This document shows, piece after piece, positions 46,678 to 57,089 of a DNA stretch of 64,000 bases (the first letter of the stretch is position 1; the number at the start of each line of letters is the position of its first letter). The stretch is taken from the NCBI GenBank assembly GCA_036653735.1, contig JAVVTI010000001.1:8881-72880 (forward strand). The letters are read 5' to 3'. The translations under genes were made by a program, and so were the position numbers. Under the pieces are notes generated by a model, which worked only from the letters and a program-made list of their open reading frames with translations, had not been told where the DNA came from and did not search any database. Origin of the DNA: Bacilli bacterium. GTDB taxonomy: Bacteria; Bacillota_I; Bacilli_A; RF39; UBA660.

Positions 46678-49600
46678 ATGAACGATGGTATTAAAGATTT
46701 AATAGAAGGCATAAAATTTTATGTTGATAACAGAATTGATAATGCCCCTAAAGATATTACTATAACAGGTCAGATAGTATCAATACACCAAATTCAAGGA
46801 ATACATGGACTTGAATACACTTATGACGTTAGAGTAAATAATGTCTTATATAAGGGAATAAGGGCAGTAGGAGGAACTTGTTTAGGTAATCAAAGCGTCA
46901 GAGTTGTAATTCCCGAAAGTCAGTATTCAAATATGTTTATTCTTGCTACTTCAAAACAAGGAGGAACAGCAGGAGTAACCAGTGTAAATGGGGAAACTGG
47001 TGATGTTATTTTAGATATTCCTAACAAGACAAGTCAGTTAACAAATGATAGTGGATTCATAACATCTATTCCACTTGAATATGTAACTGATACTGAAATG
47101 ATAGATTATGCTCAACCAAAAGGGAACTATGCAAGCAACAATGTTGTGACAACTACTGAAAATGGATTAATGTCTTTTCAAGATAAAAATAAATTAAACG
47201 GAGTAGAAGATGGCGCAAATAAAACAATTGTAGATGATGTTTTATCTTCAATTAGTTTGAATCCAGTACAGAATAAAGTTATTGATTCTGTTTTAAAAAA
47301 TATAATTTCAAATTTATTTTCTCATACAAATGACAAAAATAATCCTCATAATGTTACAAAGGTTCAAGTCGGATTAGAAAATGTTGATAATACATCAGAT
47401 ATAAACAAACCGATATCTAATCTAGTACAAGATGTTTTGAATACAAAATTATCACTTAGTGGCGGAGTTATGAATGGCAATATTAGTATGAACTCTAATT
47501 ATATCAATGACGTTGCGCCTGCTATAAATGCTAATCAAGCGGTTACTTTTAAACAATTGAATGACGCTATTAGTGGAATAGGAACGGTATTTGATTTAAA
47601 AGGTTCAAAACTTACAGTTTCTGATTTACCTAGTACTGGAAGTAAAATAGGAGATGTTTGGTATGTAGAATCAGAAAGTGTTGGATATATATGGTTGCAA
47701 GATAGTAAAGGTATATTAAAATGGGAAAAGTTTGGGCAAGAAATAGATTTAAGTGGATATTTAACCAAAACCGATTTATTACAAACTGTTGGACAAATAA
47801 CTGATAATACAATGTCGCAAAAAGCAATTACCGACCAGTTATCTTTAAAAACTAATAAAACAGATTTAGTTACAACCACTACAAATGGTTTAATGATAAG
47901 TCAAGATAAAGTTAAGTTAAATGGTATTCAAAATGGAGCACAAGTTAATAGTGTATTAGGTGTAAAAGGAAGTAGCGAATCTATTTATAGAATTGGTAAT
48001 ATAAGTTTATCTAAAAGTGATATTGGTCTTGGAAATGTGGATAATACTTCTGATATAAATAAACCAATTTCTAATTTAGTTCAAACTGAATTAAATAAAA
48101 AAGCAAATAGTGCAACTTTAGCAAAAGTAGCAACGAGTGGGAGTTATAATGATTTAGTAAATAAACCTACAATTCCAAATAAAACAAGTCAATTGACAAA
48201 TGATAATAATTTTGTGTCAGATGCTAATTATGTCCATACAGATAATAATTTTACAAGTGGATATTTGAATAAACTAAATGGTATTCAAAATGGTGCAGAG
48301 GTCAATGTAAATTCTGATTGGAACGCTACGAGCGGTGATGCTTTTATCTTAAATAAACCTACTTCATTGCCAGCAAGCGGAGGAAATGCAGATACATTAG
48401 ATGGACTAAATTCTACTGCTTTTGCGAGGAAAAGGTCGATAAGCTTAGATGAATTAAATAATCCAAATTTAAACAGTGGTATTTACAACATCCAAGATGT
48501 TAGTTTGGCACCGGTAGGATTACCGAATTCCTTTGCTCATGTGTTTGTCGGTGGCGAGTATACCGGTGGAGGGTTTGGCTCACAGATAGCTGTCCCTTAT
48601 TACGGTGGACAAATGCTAGGGGTATGGTATCGGACTGCTGCTGGTGCAAACTATCCTGTGTTTCGACGCATTGACGATTATAATAATATTATAAACAAAC
48701 CTACATCTATGCCAGCATCGGATGTTCCAGGCTGGGCAAAGCAACCAAATAAGCCATCTTATAGTGCTAGTGAGATTGGACTTGGGAATGTCGCAAATGA
48801 AAGGCAATATAGCGCAAATAACCCGCAGGTCAATATCAGTGGGACTGCTAATTCAGCAAATAGATTAAATATAATAGACGGCAATGAAGTGGTTTTTGGA
48901 AATGGTTTTGTCGGTGGCGAAATGCAGGTAAATTATAAAGGAAGTTCTGCCCCCATTACACGGTATGTATTCTATAATGGTGCATCAAATCACGGTCTAG
49001 CGAAGATAAGAGCAGCAGAATTTGTGGGAAATCTAGACGGAACTGCTATAGCTGCTACAAATGTAAATGGTGGATATGTTTATTCAAATTCAATAGGAAA
49101 TGATTATTCCCTATTACAGGTTGGTGGTGGAACTTTCGTGACAGGTCAAAGCAATTTTACTGGCTATTTGAAAATCACATTACCTGTTTCGTGGACAAAT
49201 ACGCTGATTAAAATGGAAATCAATATCTACGACTATCAAGTACAAGGCGCTTCTACTTATTACGTAGGAGGATATAATTACAATAATAACGCTAGATGGT
49301 ACTCTACTTTTGCGTACTCAATAGGCGGTTATAGCAGTGGAAGGACGGTACGGTTTGGTCACGATGGTTCAAAGTGTTGCATTTATATAGGTGAAGCAAA
49401 TACAGTATGGAATTATCCTCAAATTTCTATCAATAATGTCTTAACAGGACACAGTGGGGCAAATTATCAAACGTGGAATAAAAACTGGCAGATAGGATTT
49501 ACGACAAGTTTGGGGACAATTACAAGTACGGAAAGTGGGGAATTACTTGTACCTAAATCTATTAAATCTATTGGTGATGAAGATGGAAATAATATTAAAA

Positions 49601-49713
49601 AATCTTACGGCTCTTATTTAACAGTAAATGGTCAAACAGTTTCTTTAATGTCAAAAAGTGGTCAAAAATTGTCTAGTATAACTGTTCAAACTGGAGTTAT
49701 AACATGGCAATAA
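46678..49713 (+). CDS. Tail fibre / receptor-binding protein with internal repeats
   Basis: 1011 aa. Repeated modules: TSQLTNDSGF / TSQLTNDNNF, GLENVDNTSDINKPISNLVQ twice, LNG(V/I)(E/Q)(D/N)GA three times, and VTSVNGETGDVIL. Confidence 0.6.
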   Translation: MNDGIKDLIEGIKFYVDNRIDNAPKDITITGQIVSIHQIQGIHGLEYTYDVRVNNVLYKGIRAVGGTCLGNQSVRVVIPESQYSNMFILATSKQGGTAGVTSVNGETGDVILDIPNKTSQLTNDSGFITSIPLEYVTDTEMIDYAQPKGNYASNNVVTTTENGLMSFQDKNKLNGVEDGANKTIVDDVLSSISLNPVQNKVIDSVLKNIISNLFSHTNDKNNPHNVTKVQVGLENVDNTSDINKPISNLVQDVLNTKLSLSGGVMNGNISMNSNYINDVAPAINANQAVTFKQLNDAISGIGTVFDLKGSKLTVSDLPSTGSKIGDVWYVESESVGYIWLQDSKGILKWEKFGQEIDLSGYLTKTDLLQTVGQITDNTMSQKAITDQLSLKTNKTDLVTTTTNGLMISQDKVKLNGIQNGAQVNSVLGVKGSSESIYRIGNISLSKSDIGLGNVDNTSDINKPISNLVQTELNKKANSATLAKVATSGSYNDLVNKPTIPNKTSQLTNDNNFVSDANYVHTDNNFTSGYLNKLNGIQNGAEVNVNSDWNATSGDAFILNKPTSLPASGGNADTLDGLNSTAFARKRSISLDELNNPNLNSGIYNIQDVSLAPVGLPNSFAHVFVGGEYTGGGFGSQIAVPYYGGQMLGVWYRTAAGANYPVFRRIDDYNNIINKPTSMPASDVPGWAKQPNKPSYSASEIGLGNVANERQYSANNPQVNISGTANSANRLNIIDGNEVVFGNGFVGGEMQVNYKGSSAPITRYVFYNGASNHGLAKIRAAEFVGNLDGTAIAATNVNGGYVYSNSIGNDYSLLQVGGGTFVTGQSNFTGYLKITLPVSWTNTLIKMEINIYDYQVQGASTYYVGGYNYNNNARWYSTFAYSIGGYSSGRTVRFGHDGSKCCIYIGEANTVWNYPQISINNVLTGHSGANYQTWNKNWQIGFTTSLGTITSTESGELLVPKSIKSIGDEDGNNIKKSYGSYLTVNGQTVSLMSKSGQKLSSITVQTGVITWQ

Positions 49714-49746
49714 AAAAATAAAATATTCTTAAGAAAGGAGGATTTT

Positions 49747-51876
49747 ATGTCTTTACGAACACCGATAATACTAGATATCCCTGCTTTTGATGCGAATAAT
49801 CCAATGGTTATTAAATTCAATGTTTTTGGAGGTGACCAAGTTGTAGCGAATGAATTGACTATTTTTAAAAGTGATGGTGGAGCACCAATTTATCAAAATA
49901 AAATTACATCTTATAGATTTGAACAAACTATTCCTGCTAATTTATTAACGAATGGATTTAGTTATCGTTGTTTTTTTACAACATTTAATGTAGCAGGAGA
50001 ACAATCTCGTAGTAATTATGTTCTTTTTTATTGTTATAGTACACCTACAATTGTTTTCACGAACATTCCTTATAGTGGAGTGATTGATAATACCTTTTAT
50101 GAATTTAATGCACAATATTTACAACAACAAGGAGAACCGATTAAATCTGTTTATTTTTATTTATATGATGAATCGCATAATCTAATAGAAACAAGTAAGG
50201 TATTAAGTTCTTTATTCAATTATACTTTTAACAACTTTATAAATGGAAATACTTATTACATTCAAGCTAAAGGAATTACGATTTATAACACAGAATTTTT
50301 TAGTAATTTAGAAAAATTTCATATAGAATATCAATATAATGGCATTTTTGCAGAGGTGAAATTAAAAAACAATTGTACAAAAGGATATGTTGAAGTAAGG
50401 AATGAATTAATTACAATTGATGGAATTTCAAATCCATCACCTCCTATTTATTTAGATAATAATATCAAGATTGATTTAAGTTCAGACGCCTCATATGTAG
50501 AATGGAAACAAGGTTTTTCTTTTAGTGAAAAAGGATTTATTATTTCAGAATGGCTTAAACCTGCTTTATGGGGCAATATTTTATATCTATATTCAGAAAG
50601 AAGAAATGACAGAATAGAAATTGCCTTAAGAAGAGGTATTCCACAAGGAGAAATAATTCCTAAAGATTACTATGAAATGATTGGTTATCATAATGATATA
50701 GAATATTTTTATCAAAGGTCAAATTATATTGAAGTAATAAATAATAATACAGATATTATAGAATGGTCAAAAAAAAATATAGGTGCTTTTGATTTAATCT
50801 TAAAAACGATAACAGGAGTTGGAACAAAAATTATATGGAATGGAGAATCTAATGCTCAATATAACATTAGAACTTCTTTATCGTGGGTAGGAGAAAGTCT
50901 TACGTCTGTAAACAATGTTATAGAGTGGAATGGAAATTCTAACGTTGAATTTAACAAAATAACTGATATATTTTGGATAGATGAAATAAAAGCACCAACA
51001 ATCACAAGAAAAACATATTACACAGATGATACATATTTTGCAGAATTTACAGATGTTGTATTAGAAAATAGCGTTGTAGAACATTTTAATATTACTAAAG
51101 ATATTAATAAAATATACAGTGAAGAAAAACCAATATGGGATTTTTCTACTATTATTGATTGTGACTTTAATGGAAATATAAATGGGGGAAATTTAATTGT
51201 TTTATTAAATCAATTGGACAATTTAAGAATTAAACGTAGGCGATATGGAACTTTTAATTGGACAATTATTGGAAATATACCAATAAATACTGTACAAGAC
51301 TTAATTACTGCTCGGTTTGAAGATAGCTATGCTCCTAGTGGTATTGAATTTGAATATGCGATAGCGCCTACCATGAAAGGATTAGAATCCTCTTTGTATA
51401 AGGCTCAAATTAAAACATTTTTTGATGGAATATTTTTATCAGATATTACAGGAAATATATTAAAATTATATAGTGGAACAATGTATCCTAATTATGGTAC
51501 AAATAGAGCCATTAGTTCTTTAAAAGCGATTGGTTCAAAATATCCTGTAATTATAGAAAATTCTGCTATAAATTATCAAACAATGGGAGTGGTTGGGAAT
51601 ATATTAGGAATTGATTTTGAACAAACAAGAAAAATAGACCGAAATAAAATAGTGGAGCAGAGAGAACATTATTCAGATATTCTAAATAATGGCAAAGCTA
51701 AAATTTTAAAAGATTGGAATGGGAATATTCTTCTTTGTAGAGTAACAACAGCACCTACTTTTTCTTATAATGGGAATTATGGAATGGCTGTTCCATCAAT
51801 AAATTTTGAAGTAACAGAACAAGGAAAGTATGATAATCAAGAGGATTTATATGAAACAGGTTTAGTAAAAAGGTAA
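49747..51876 (+). CDS. Tail / baseplate protein
   Basis: 709 aa, between the fibre and the next tail protein. Confidence 0.45.
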   Translation: MSLRTPIILDIPAFDANNPMVIKFNVFGGDQVVANELTIFKSDGGAPIYQNKITSYRFEQTIPANLLTNGFSYRCFFTTFNVAGEQSRSNYVLFYCYSTPTIVFTNIPYSGVIDNTFYEFNAQYLQQQGEPIKSVYFYLYDESHNLIETSKVLSSLFNYTFNNFINGNTYYIQAKGITIYNTEFFSNLEKFHIEYQYNGIFAEVKLKNNCTKGYVEVRNELITIDGISNPSPPIYLDNNIKIDLSSDASYVEWKQGFSFSEKGFIISEWLKPALWGNILYLYSERRNDRIEIALRRGIPQGEIIPKDYYEMIGYHNDIEYFYQRSNYIEVINNNTDIIEWSKKNIGAFDLILKTITGVGTKIIWNGESNAQYNIRTSLSWVGESLTSVNNVIEWNGNSNVEFNKITDIFWIDEIKAPTITRKTYYTDDTYFAEFTDVVLENSVVEHFNITKDINKIYSEEKPIWDFSTIIDCDFNGNINGGNLIVLLNQLDNLRIKRRRYGTFNWTIIGNIPINTVQDLITARFEDSYAPSGIEFEYAIAPTMKGLESSLYKAQIKTFFDGIFLSDITGNILKLYSGTMYPNYGTNRAISSLKAIGSKYPVIIENSAINYQTMGVVGNILGIDFEQTRKIDRNKIVEQREHYSDILNNGKAKILKDWNGNILLCRVTTAPTFSYNGNYGMAVPSINFEVTEQGKYDNQEDLYETGLVKR

Positions 51877-51888
51877 AGGAGATATATA

Positions 51889-53349
51889 ATGCCGACGCAA
51901 TTAGAATATAATGTTACCAAACAGAAGTTTAGGGAAATATATGCTAAAATATATCTTTTAGGTACTTCTGAACAAATAGTTGATGAACTAAGTGGGGTAG
52001 TTATAGGTGAACCTAGTTTTTCGGTTGATGCGGATAGTGACATAAGAAGAACTTTAAACATTTCCTTATATCCAAAAGATAGTAGTTTTGATGTAAAAAA
52101 AGGTAATAAAATATGGTTAGATAAAGCCATTGATGTTAGATTAGGGATTAAAGATATACAAACAGGAGAAATTGCATGGACTAGAATGGGTATATATATG
52201 GTCAATAATCCTACAAGAATATATAGTTCAACAGATAATACTATTACTTTAGATTGTGTTGACTTAATGGCAAATCTAAACGGTATAAGGAATGGACAAT
52301 TAGAATATAGTCCGTATGTTATTAAACAAGGCGAAAATATAGCAAGTGTCATTGAAAATGTTTATAGAAACTATGGGTTTTTTCTTTTTGCAAAATCTGA
52401 TATATCTGAATGTATGGTATATTCTGACACAGAAGGTAAAAATATAATCTTAAATACACCTAATGAAATAAGAGTGGGAGGAAACAGTACCGCTTATGAT
52501 ATTTTAAAAGAATTAAGGGATATAATGCCTAATTATCAAATGTATTTTGATATAGATGGTACATTCCGATATAATTTAATTCCAAATGGCACTGATGAAA
52601 CTGCTATGATTGATGATGATATTTGGGAAAAATGCCTTATTGATTATAACGTCTTTAATGATTTTTCGGAAGTGGCTAATTCAGTAATAGTCTATGGAGG
52701 AGTTTGTAATGATTTTATTTATATAGAAAAATATAGTATAGTTGGTGATGTTTGTAATTTAATTTTACCATTTCCAGTAGAACAATTGTTAACAGGACAA
52801 AGATTATTATTAAACCTTTCCTTTCCTACCGGACAAGAAACAGTAATTAAAACTATAAGTATTGGTACAAGAGCATATCCTTTAAGAGATATTTATAAAA
52901 ACAATTATGCTTTTTTTAAAAATGGGGAAGGATATATTATAGAATACAATTTCGATTTTTTCTTGTTTATGGGAAAAATTATTCCTATGGCAGTATTACA
53001 TGAAACAAATCCAGATAGTCCATTTTATGTTGATGATTATAATACCCCAATAATTAGAAAGGTTTTTCAAGGTGGCGAATATAATAATATTCATATAGAT
53101 GCGTTAGCAATGGAAAGAGCAAAATTTGAATTATATACGCATTGTAGATTACAAGATACGGTTACTTTGACTTGTATACCTATATATTGGTTAGATGTAA
53201 ATTGGGTAATAGAATTAACTCTTCCTAACAAACAAGGTATAACGGAAACAAATAAATATATTATAAAAAAAATAAATACTAGCGGTGGAATAAACGGAAC
53301 CCAAACAATTACACTTATGAGATATTATCCATTTTACCCGCCAATTTAA
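51889..53349 (+). CDS. Tail / baseplate protein
   Basis: 486 aa. Confidence 0.45.
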   Translation: MPTQLEYNVTKQKFREIYAKIYLLGTSEQIVDELSGVVIGEPSFSVDADSDIRRTLNISLYPKDSSFDVKKGNKIWLDKAIDVRLGIKDIQTGEIAWTRMGIYMVNNPTRIYSSTDNTITLDCVDLMANLNGIRNGQLEYSPYVIKQGENIASVIENVYRNYGFFLFAKSDISECMVYSDTEGKNIILNTPNEIRVGGNSTAYDILKELRDIMPNYQMYFDIDGTFRYNLIPNGTDETAMIDDDIWEKCLIDYNVFNDFSEVANSVIVYGGVCNDFIYIEKYSIVGDVCNLILPFPVEQLLTGQRLLLNLSFPTGQETVIKTISIGTRAYPLRDIYKNNYAFFKNGEGYIIEYNFDFFLFMGKIIPMAVLHETNPDSPFYVDDYNTPIIRKVFQGGEYNNIHIDALAMERAKFELYTHCRLQDTVTLTCIPIYWLDVNWVIELTLPNKQGITETNKYIIKKINTSGGINGTQTITLMRYYPFYPPI

Positions 53350-53372
53350 CATATAAGAAGGAGAAAATAAAA

Positions 53373-53849
53373 ATGGCAACAGTATTATTTAAAAGAAAAA
53401 CAGCTGCGGAAGTAGCTTCTTTACCAGTTGAAGATGGTAGTGTTATTTTTAATACAACAGATAAAAGTATCTTGATGGATAACGGAACTCAAAGAGAAAG
53501 ATATGCAGGAGGTAATCTTAGTACCACAGATATCGTAAATACATTAGCAGAAGCAATTACAGTAACTTCACCAACTGTTCCAGTCGGGTGCGGAGTTATC
53601 AAGTCGTTAAATACAGATTTAACGAACAAACCGAATATTATTTATGAAACCGTCAGAGCCACTTTAACAGGTGATTACTGTTTTGTAAGAAAAGAAGGAT
53701 ATGCATTATTAGCAGCATATGTAATTAGAAATGACTCTGGTTTTTTTGTAAAAGGTATTCAAAAACAATCAGCTGATTGGTTATATACTATTTTAATAGA
53801 AAATGGAAAAGGTGGGGATATTGCCTTATATCTCATATGGACTAAATAA
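53373..53849 (+). CDS. Small tail-tip / host-specificity protein. Residues 1-77 are constant, SLNTDLTNK is the crossover motif, and cassette 1 forms the C-terminus.
   Basis: 158 aa. The internal LNTDLTNK is encoded by the 27-bp site that is repeated, inverted, at the N-termini of two downstream minus-strand ORFs. Confidence 0.45.
   Translation: MATVLFKRKTAAEVASLPVEDGSVIFNTTDKSILMDNGTQRERYAGGNLSTTDIVNTLAEAITVTSPTVPVGCGVIKSLNTDLTNKPNIIYETVRATLTGDYCFVRKEGYALLAAYVIRNDSGFFVKGIQKQSADWLYTILIENGKGGDIALYLIWTK
53605..53631 (+). repeat. Putative inversion crossover site, copy 1 (27 bp, contains dyad TTAAAT-acag-ATTTAA)
   Basis: CGTTAAATACAGATTTAACGAACAAAC. Its exact reverse complement lies at 54145-54171. 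A 19-bp core recurs at 54489-54507. Confidence 0.8.
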
Positions 53850-53875
53850 TTTATTAAATTTTAATATAAGAGCAT

Positions 53876-54184
53876 TTATTGGTCTAAAAGACATGTGAAC
53901 CTAACTTGAAATCCACTATATGAAGCTGGACTATCTTTCGCAACTAATAATTGCTTATCATTAACGTTAATCTGAATAAATTTTGAAAGAGTTCTCATAT
54001 CACTCCATACATCTTTATTTAATTGTATTTGAGCCGACAATAAATATGGAATTTTCCCTGATAATATTGTAGGTAAATTAAATATTTGTAGAGTAGAGGT
54101 ATTGTCTAAGATACCATTGAATTTTATGATATCATTCCTATTCAGTTTGTTCGTTAAATCTGTATTTAACGTTTTAACAGACAA
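53876..54184 (-). CDS. Alternative C-terminal cassette 2 (inverted orientation; TTG start in its current context)
   Basis: Starts M-SVK-TLNTDLTNK, then a unique 90-aa tail. The shared site is at its 5' end. Confidence 0.45.
   Translation of the reverse strand: MSVKTLNTDLTNKLNRNDIIKFNGILDNTSTLQIFNLPTILSGKIPYLLSAQIQLNKDVWSDMRTLSKFIQINVNDKQLLVAKDSPASYSGFQVRFTCLLDQ
54145..54171 (-). repeat. Putative inversion crossover site, copy 2 (perfect inverted copy of 53605-53631)
   Basis: 27/27 identity in inverted orientation. Confidence 0.8.
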
Positions 54185-54195
54185 TCTATATAATA

Positions 54196-54519
54196 TTATT
54201 TAAGTTGCCAACTTGTTATCACTGTTCCATCTGTTTTTTGCGCCATTGTATAAAATTGTCCATTTACAAGTGTTAAGATTTTAATAATATGACCATGGAT
54301 ATATCGGATTGTTTCTAAATATCCTACATAGTTAGAAATGGGTAGTCCGATTTCAGTTCCTTTTATATTATATATCCCAAAGGTATAACAGCCATATATC
54401 ACATTACTATCTGCATCACCAAGTAAGCGTAAGGCAGAACCATTTTCATTATGTACAGAATTAAGAACGTTTATTTTTGAAGTATTGCTCGTTAAATCTG
54501 TATTTAATGAACTAAACAA
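54196..54519 (-). CDS. Alternative C-terminal cassette 3 (inverted orientation)
   Basis: Starts MFS-SLNTDLTSN, then a unique tail. Shared 19-23-bp site at its 5' end. Confidence 0.45.
   Translation of the reverse strand: MFSSLNTDLTSNTSKINVLNSVHNENGSALRLLGDADSNVIYGCYTFGIYNIKGTEIGLPISNYVGYLETIRYIHGHIIKILTLVNGQFYTMAQKTDGTVITSWQLK
54485..54507 (-). repeat. Putative inversion crossover site, copy 3 (19-bp identical core, 22/23 with the flank)
   Basis: TTGCTCGTTAAATCTGTATTTAA on the + strand. Core TCGTTAAATCTGTATTTAA is identical to copy 2. Confidence 0.75.
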
Positions 54520-54560
54520 ACATTCTTATAAACGAACAAATTTAAAAAGGAGAAATAAAT

Positions 54561-54824
54561 ATGAATTTAGAAATTTTAGCTAGTTATATTATTCCAATGG
54601 TAACCGCAGATTGTTTAATCATAGGTTATCTTATTAAAAAGTCATTAGATTTTATACCAAACAAATATATACCGCTTATTTTAGCTATATTTGGAGCAAT
54701 TATAAACTGTATACTAAATAGTTCAATAGATGTTAATTTAGTGGCTTGTGGCGCATTTAGTGGTCTTGCAAGCACAGGATTACATCAAGCTTTTACTAAA
54801 ATCATAGAAAGAGAAGAGGTTTAA
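54561..54824 (+). CDS. Holin
   Basis: 87 aa with two hydrophobic segments and a charged C-terminus (KIIEREEV). Immediately upstream of the endolysin. Confidence 0.55.
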   Translation: MNLEILASYIIPMVTADCLIIGYLIKKSLDFIPNKYIPLILAIFGAIINCILNSSIDVNLVACGAFSGLASTGLHQAFTKIIEREEV

Positions 54825-54828
54825 TATT

Positions 54829-55722
54829 ATGGGAAGAAATATATCAGAATTACACCCTGTTTTACAAACAAGATTAGAACAATTAAAAGAAATATGCAAT
54901 CAGCAAGGTTTAAATATAGGAATAGGAGAATGTTTCCGCACAGTGGCGGAACAGGACGCACTATATGCACAAGGACGTACAACGCAAGGGAAGAAAGTAA
55001 CTAACGCAAAAGGAAGTACCTATAGTTCACAACACCAGTGGGGAATCGCTTTTGACTTTTTTGAAAACGTTAAAGGACATGAATTTGAAAATATTTCATT
55101 TTTCAACCAAGTAGGAAATATCGCAAAGGATATTGGATTAGGTTGGGGGGGTGATTGGAAAAATCCAGTAGATAAACCGCACTTGTATCTTTCTGATTGG
55201 GGAAATACCACAAGTCAATTAAAAACACAGTACGGAACAATAGACACATTTAGGAATACTTGGAATAATAATCCAACAAAAGAAGAAATATCACAAGACC
55301 AAAATATTGGAATAAGTATAAATGAAACAATAAAAAATGGGCAAATTCATTCTAACAATTTTGCTAATTGTAATATCAAAGCAGATGGGATTTATGGAAA
55401 TCAGACTAAAAAAGCAGGTATTAAAGTATTACAACAAGGTCTTAATTTAGACTATAATTCTAATATTGCAGTAGACGGTATTTTTGGAAATGGAACACGT
55501 AATTCTTTAGGTAATCATAGTGTCAGATATGGTGAAAAGCAGTACATGGTTACCACACTTGAGATTTTGCTTATGCTGAAAGGATATAATCCTAACGGCG
55601 TAGAGTGCCCTGGTGTGTTCGGTAGAGGGTTAGAATCAACCGTGAGAAGATATCAATCAGCCCATGGACTTTCAGCAGATGGAATTGCAGGCGTAAATAC
55701 TTTCAAATCTTTAATTGAATAA
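54829..55722 (+). CDS. Endolysin: peptidase M15 (VanY / L-Ala-D-Glu peptidase-like) plus two PG_binding_1 repeats
   Basis: SQHQWGIAFDF and VDKPHLY are M15 Zn-binding motifs. C-terminal DGIYGNQTKKAGIKVLQQ and ADGIAGVNTFKSL are PG-binding repeats. Confidence 0.8.
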   Translation: MGRNISELHPVLQTRLEQLKEICNQQGLNIGIGECFRTVAEQDALYAQGRTTQGKKVTNAKGSTYSSQHQWGIAFDFFENVKGHEFENISFFNQVGNIAKDIGLGWGGDWKNPVDKPHLYLSDWGNTTSQLKTQYGTIDTFRNTWNNNPTKEEISQDQNIGISINETIKNGQIHSNNFANCNIKADGIYGNQTKKAGIKVLQQGLNLDYNSNIAVDGIFGNGTRNSLGNHSVRYGEKQYMVTTLEILLMLKGYNPNGVECPGVFGRGLESTVRRYQSAHGLSADGIAGVNTFKSLIE

Positions 55723-55729
55723 AAAAAAG

Positions 55730-55764
55730 GATATAGTCTATATTTCGACTATATCCTTTTTTTC
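55730..55764. terminator. Bidirectional rho-independent terminator between convergent genes
   Basis: GGATATAGTC-tatatttc-GACTATATCC, 10-bp perfect stem, A8 upstream and a T-run downstream. Confidence 0.75.
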
Positions 55765-55772
55765 GTTTTTTT

Positions 55773-56321
55773 TTAATATATAAATTGATTTAATAAGTTA
55801 GATAGCCATCTGAAATTTATTACTCTCAAACCATTCCAATCTTTATTCCATTCACATATATTATAGGGGTTATTTTCAAATAATATTTTTATACTAGCAT
55901 TTGATTCTTTTAAATTTTTAGATGCATCGTCTATAAATAAATTATTTTTCATATCAATACAACTTTTTGATTTATTTAATGGCAATCCGATAAACTTAAT
56001 ATCACCTAAGCCATTATCTTCTAGCCATTCACCTTTTTGGACTAAATTCAATTCACCTCCTTTAGTGATAACGGTGATATCATCTATATTTTCTAATATA
56101 AATTCTTTTGCTCCATCTTTAAACTTTACCACTTCAAAGAATTGAGGACTATTAAATATTTCTTCAATGCTTTCATTCGTTTCATCTTTAAATATATTAG
56201 AAAAATTCCATGATGTAATATCTTCTTTCTTTGCATTCATACCATATTTTTTATTCAATATCTTCACAACTGTTTCAATAGAACCAATCATTACTTCGTC
56301 CATGTCTAAGTAAATTTTCAT
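55773..56321 (-). CDS. HAD-family 5'(3')-deoxyribonucleotidase-like protein
   Basis: N-terminal MKIYLDMDEVM (DxD HAD motif I). 182 aa. Typical of the NT5C family. Confidence 0.55.
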   Translation of the reverse strand: MKIYLDMDEVMIGSIETVVKILNKKYGMNAKKEDITSWNFSNIFKDETNESIEEIFNSPQFFEVVKFKDGAKEFILENIDDITVITKGGELNLVQKGEWLEDNGLGDIKFIGLPLNKSKSCIDMKNNLFIDDASKNLKESNASIKILFENNPYNICEWNKDWNGLRVINFRWLSNLLNQFIY

Positions 56322-56373
56322 TTTATATCTCCTTTGGTTTAACTGTATTTGTGTTTATCAATTTTAGCTTTGG

Positions 56374-56928
56374 TTAGGTTATCTTTAACTTATCAATTTT
56401 AATTTTGGTGAGATTATCTTTAGAAAAAGCTATTTCATCATCAATTGCTCTTCTATCAAATTCTGTTTTATCATAATCTCCTCTAACCTTACATCTTTCT
56501 AATCTTATCTCTAATGGAGCATTTAATAATATTGTATATACATTCTCTTTACCATAATAGTCTTGTAAGTCTTTACAACCATCTATGTCCATTATAACAA
56601 CGCTACTATGTCTTTCTAAGTCAATGCCATTGGAATACTTATTTAATCCATAATACCATGTGCTAGGAACATCATTTATCAATGTATTATAGGTTCGATA
56701 TTCTAACATTCTGTTATATTTAATCATTAACTTAAATTCTTCATCAGATACAAAATAATATTCTCTACCGTCCACTTCTCCTTTTCTCATAGGTCTTGTT
56801 GTGCAAGAAATAACTGGATAAATATTATGATACATTTCATCATTGCTCTCTAATATACATTGCATTAAAGTATCTTTGCCACTACACGATTTTCCTATAA
56901 TACAGATGATTCTATTTCCATTTCCCAT
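56374..56928 (-). CDS. Guanylate kinase-like nucleoside monophosphate kinase
   Basis: P-loop GKSCSGKDT. TTRPMRKGEVDGREYYFVSDEEF matches the guanylate kinase signature TTRxxRxGExxGxxYxFV. Confidence 0.7.
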   Translation of the reverse strand: MGNGNRIICIIGKSCSGKDTLMQCILESNDEMYHNIYPVISCTTRPMRKGEVDGREYYFVSDEEFKLMIKYNRMLEYRTYNTLINDVPSTWYYGLNKYSNGIDLERHSSVVIMDIDGCKDLQDYYGKENVYTILLNAPLEIRLERCKVRGDYDKTEFDRRAIDDEIAFSKDNLTKIKIDKLKIT

Positions 56929-57089
56929 TGTGTTTTATTCTCCTTTTCTATCATTTCATATTCAATATTTCTTTTATGGTATAATCTTTTCAATTTTAGA
57001 TTATTTTCAAATTCTTCATTTTCTAGTTCTAGTTCTTCTTCCATATATCTTCCTTTCTCTAATATAAGAACATTATATTACTATCAAGT

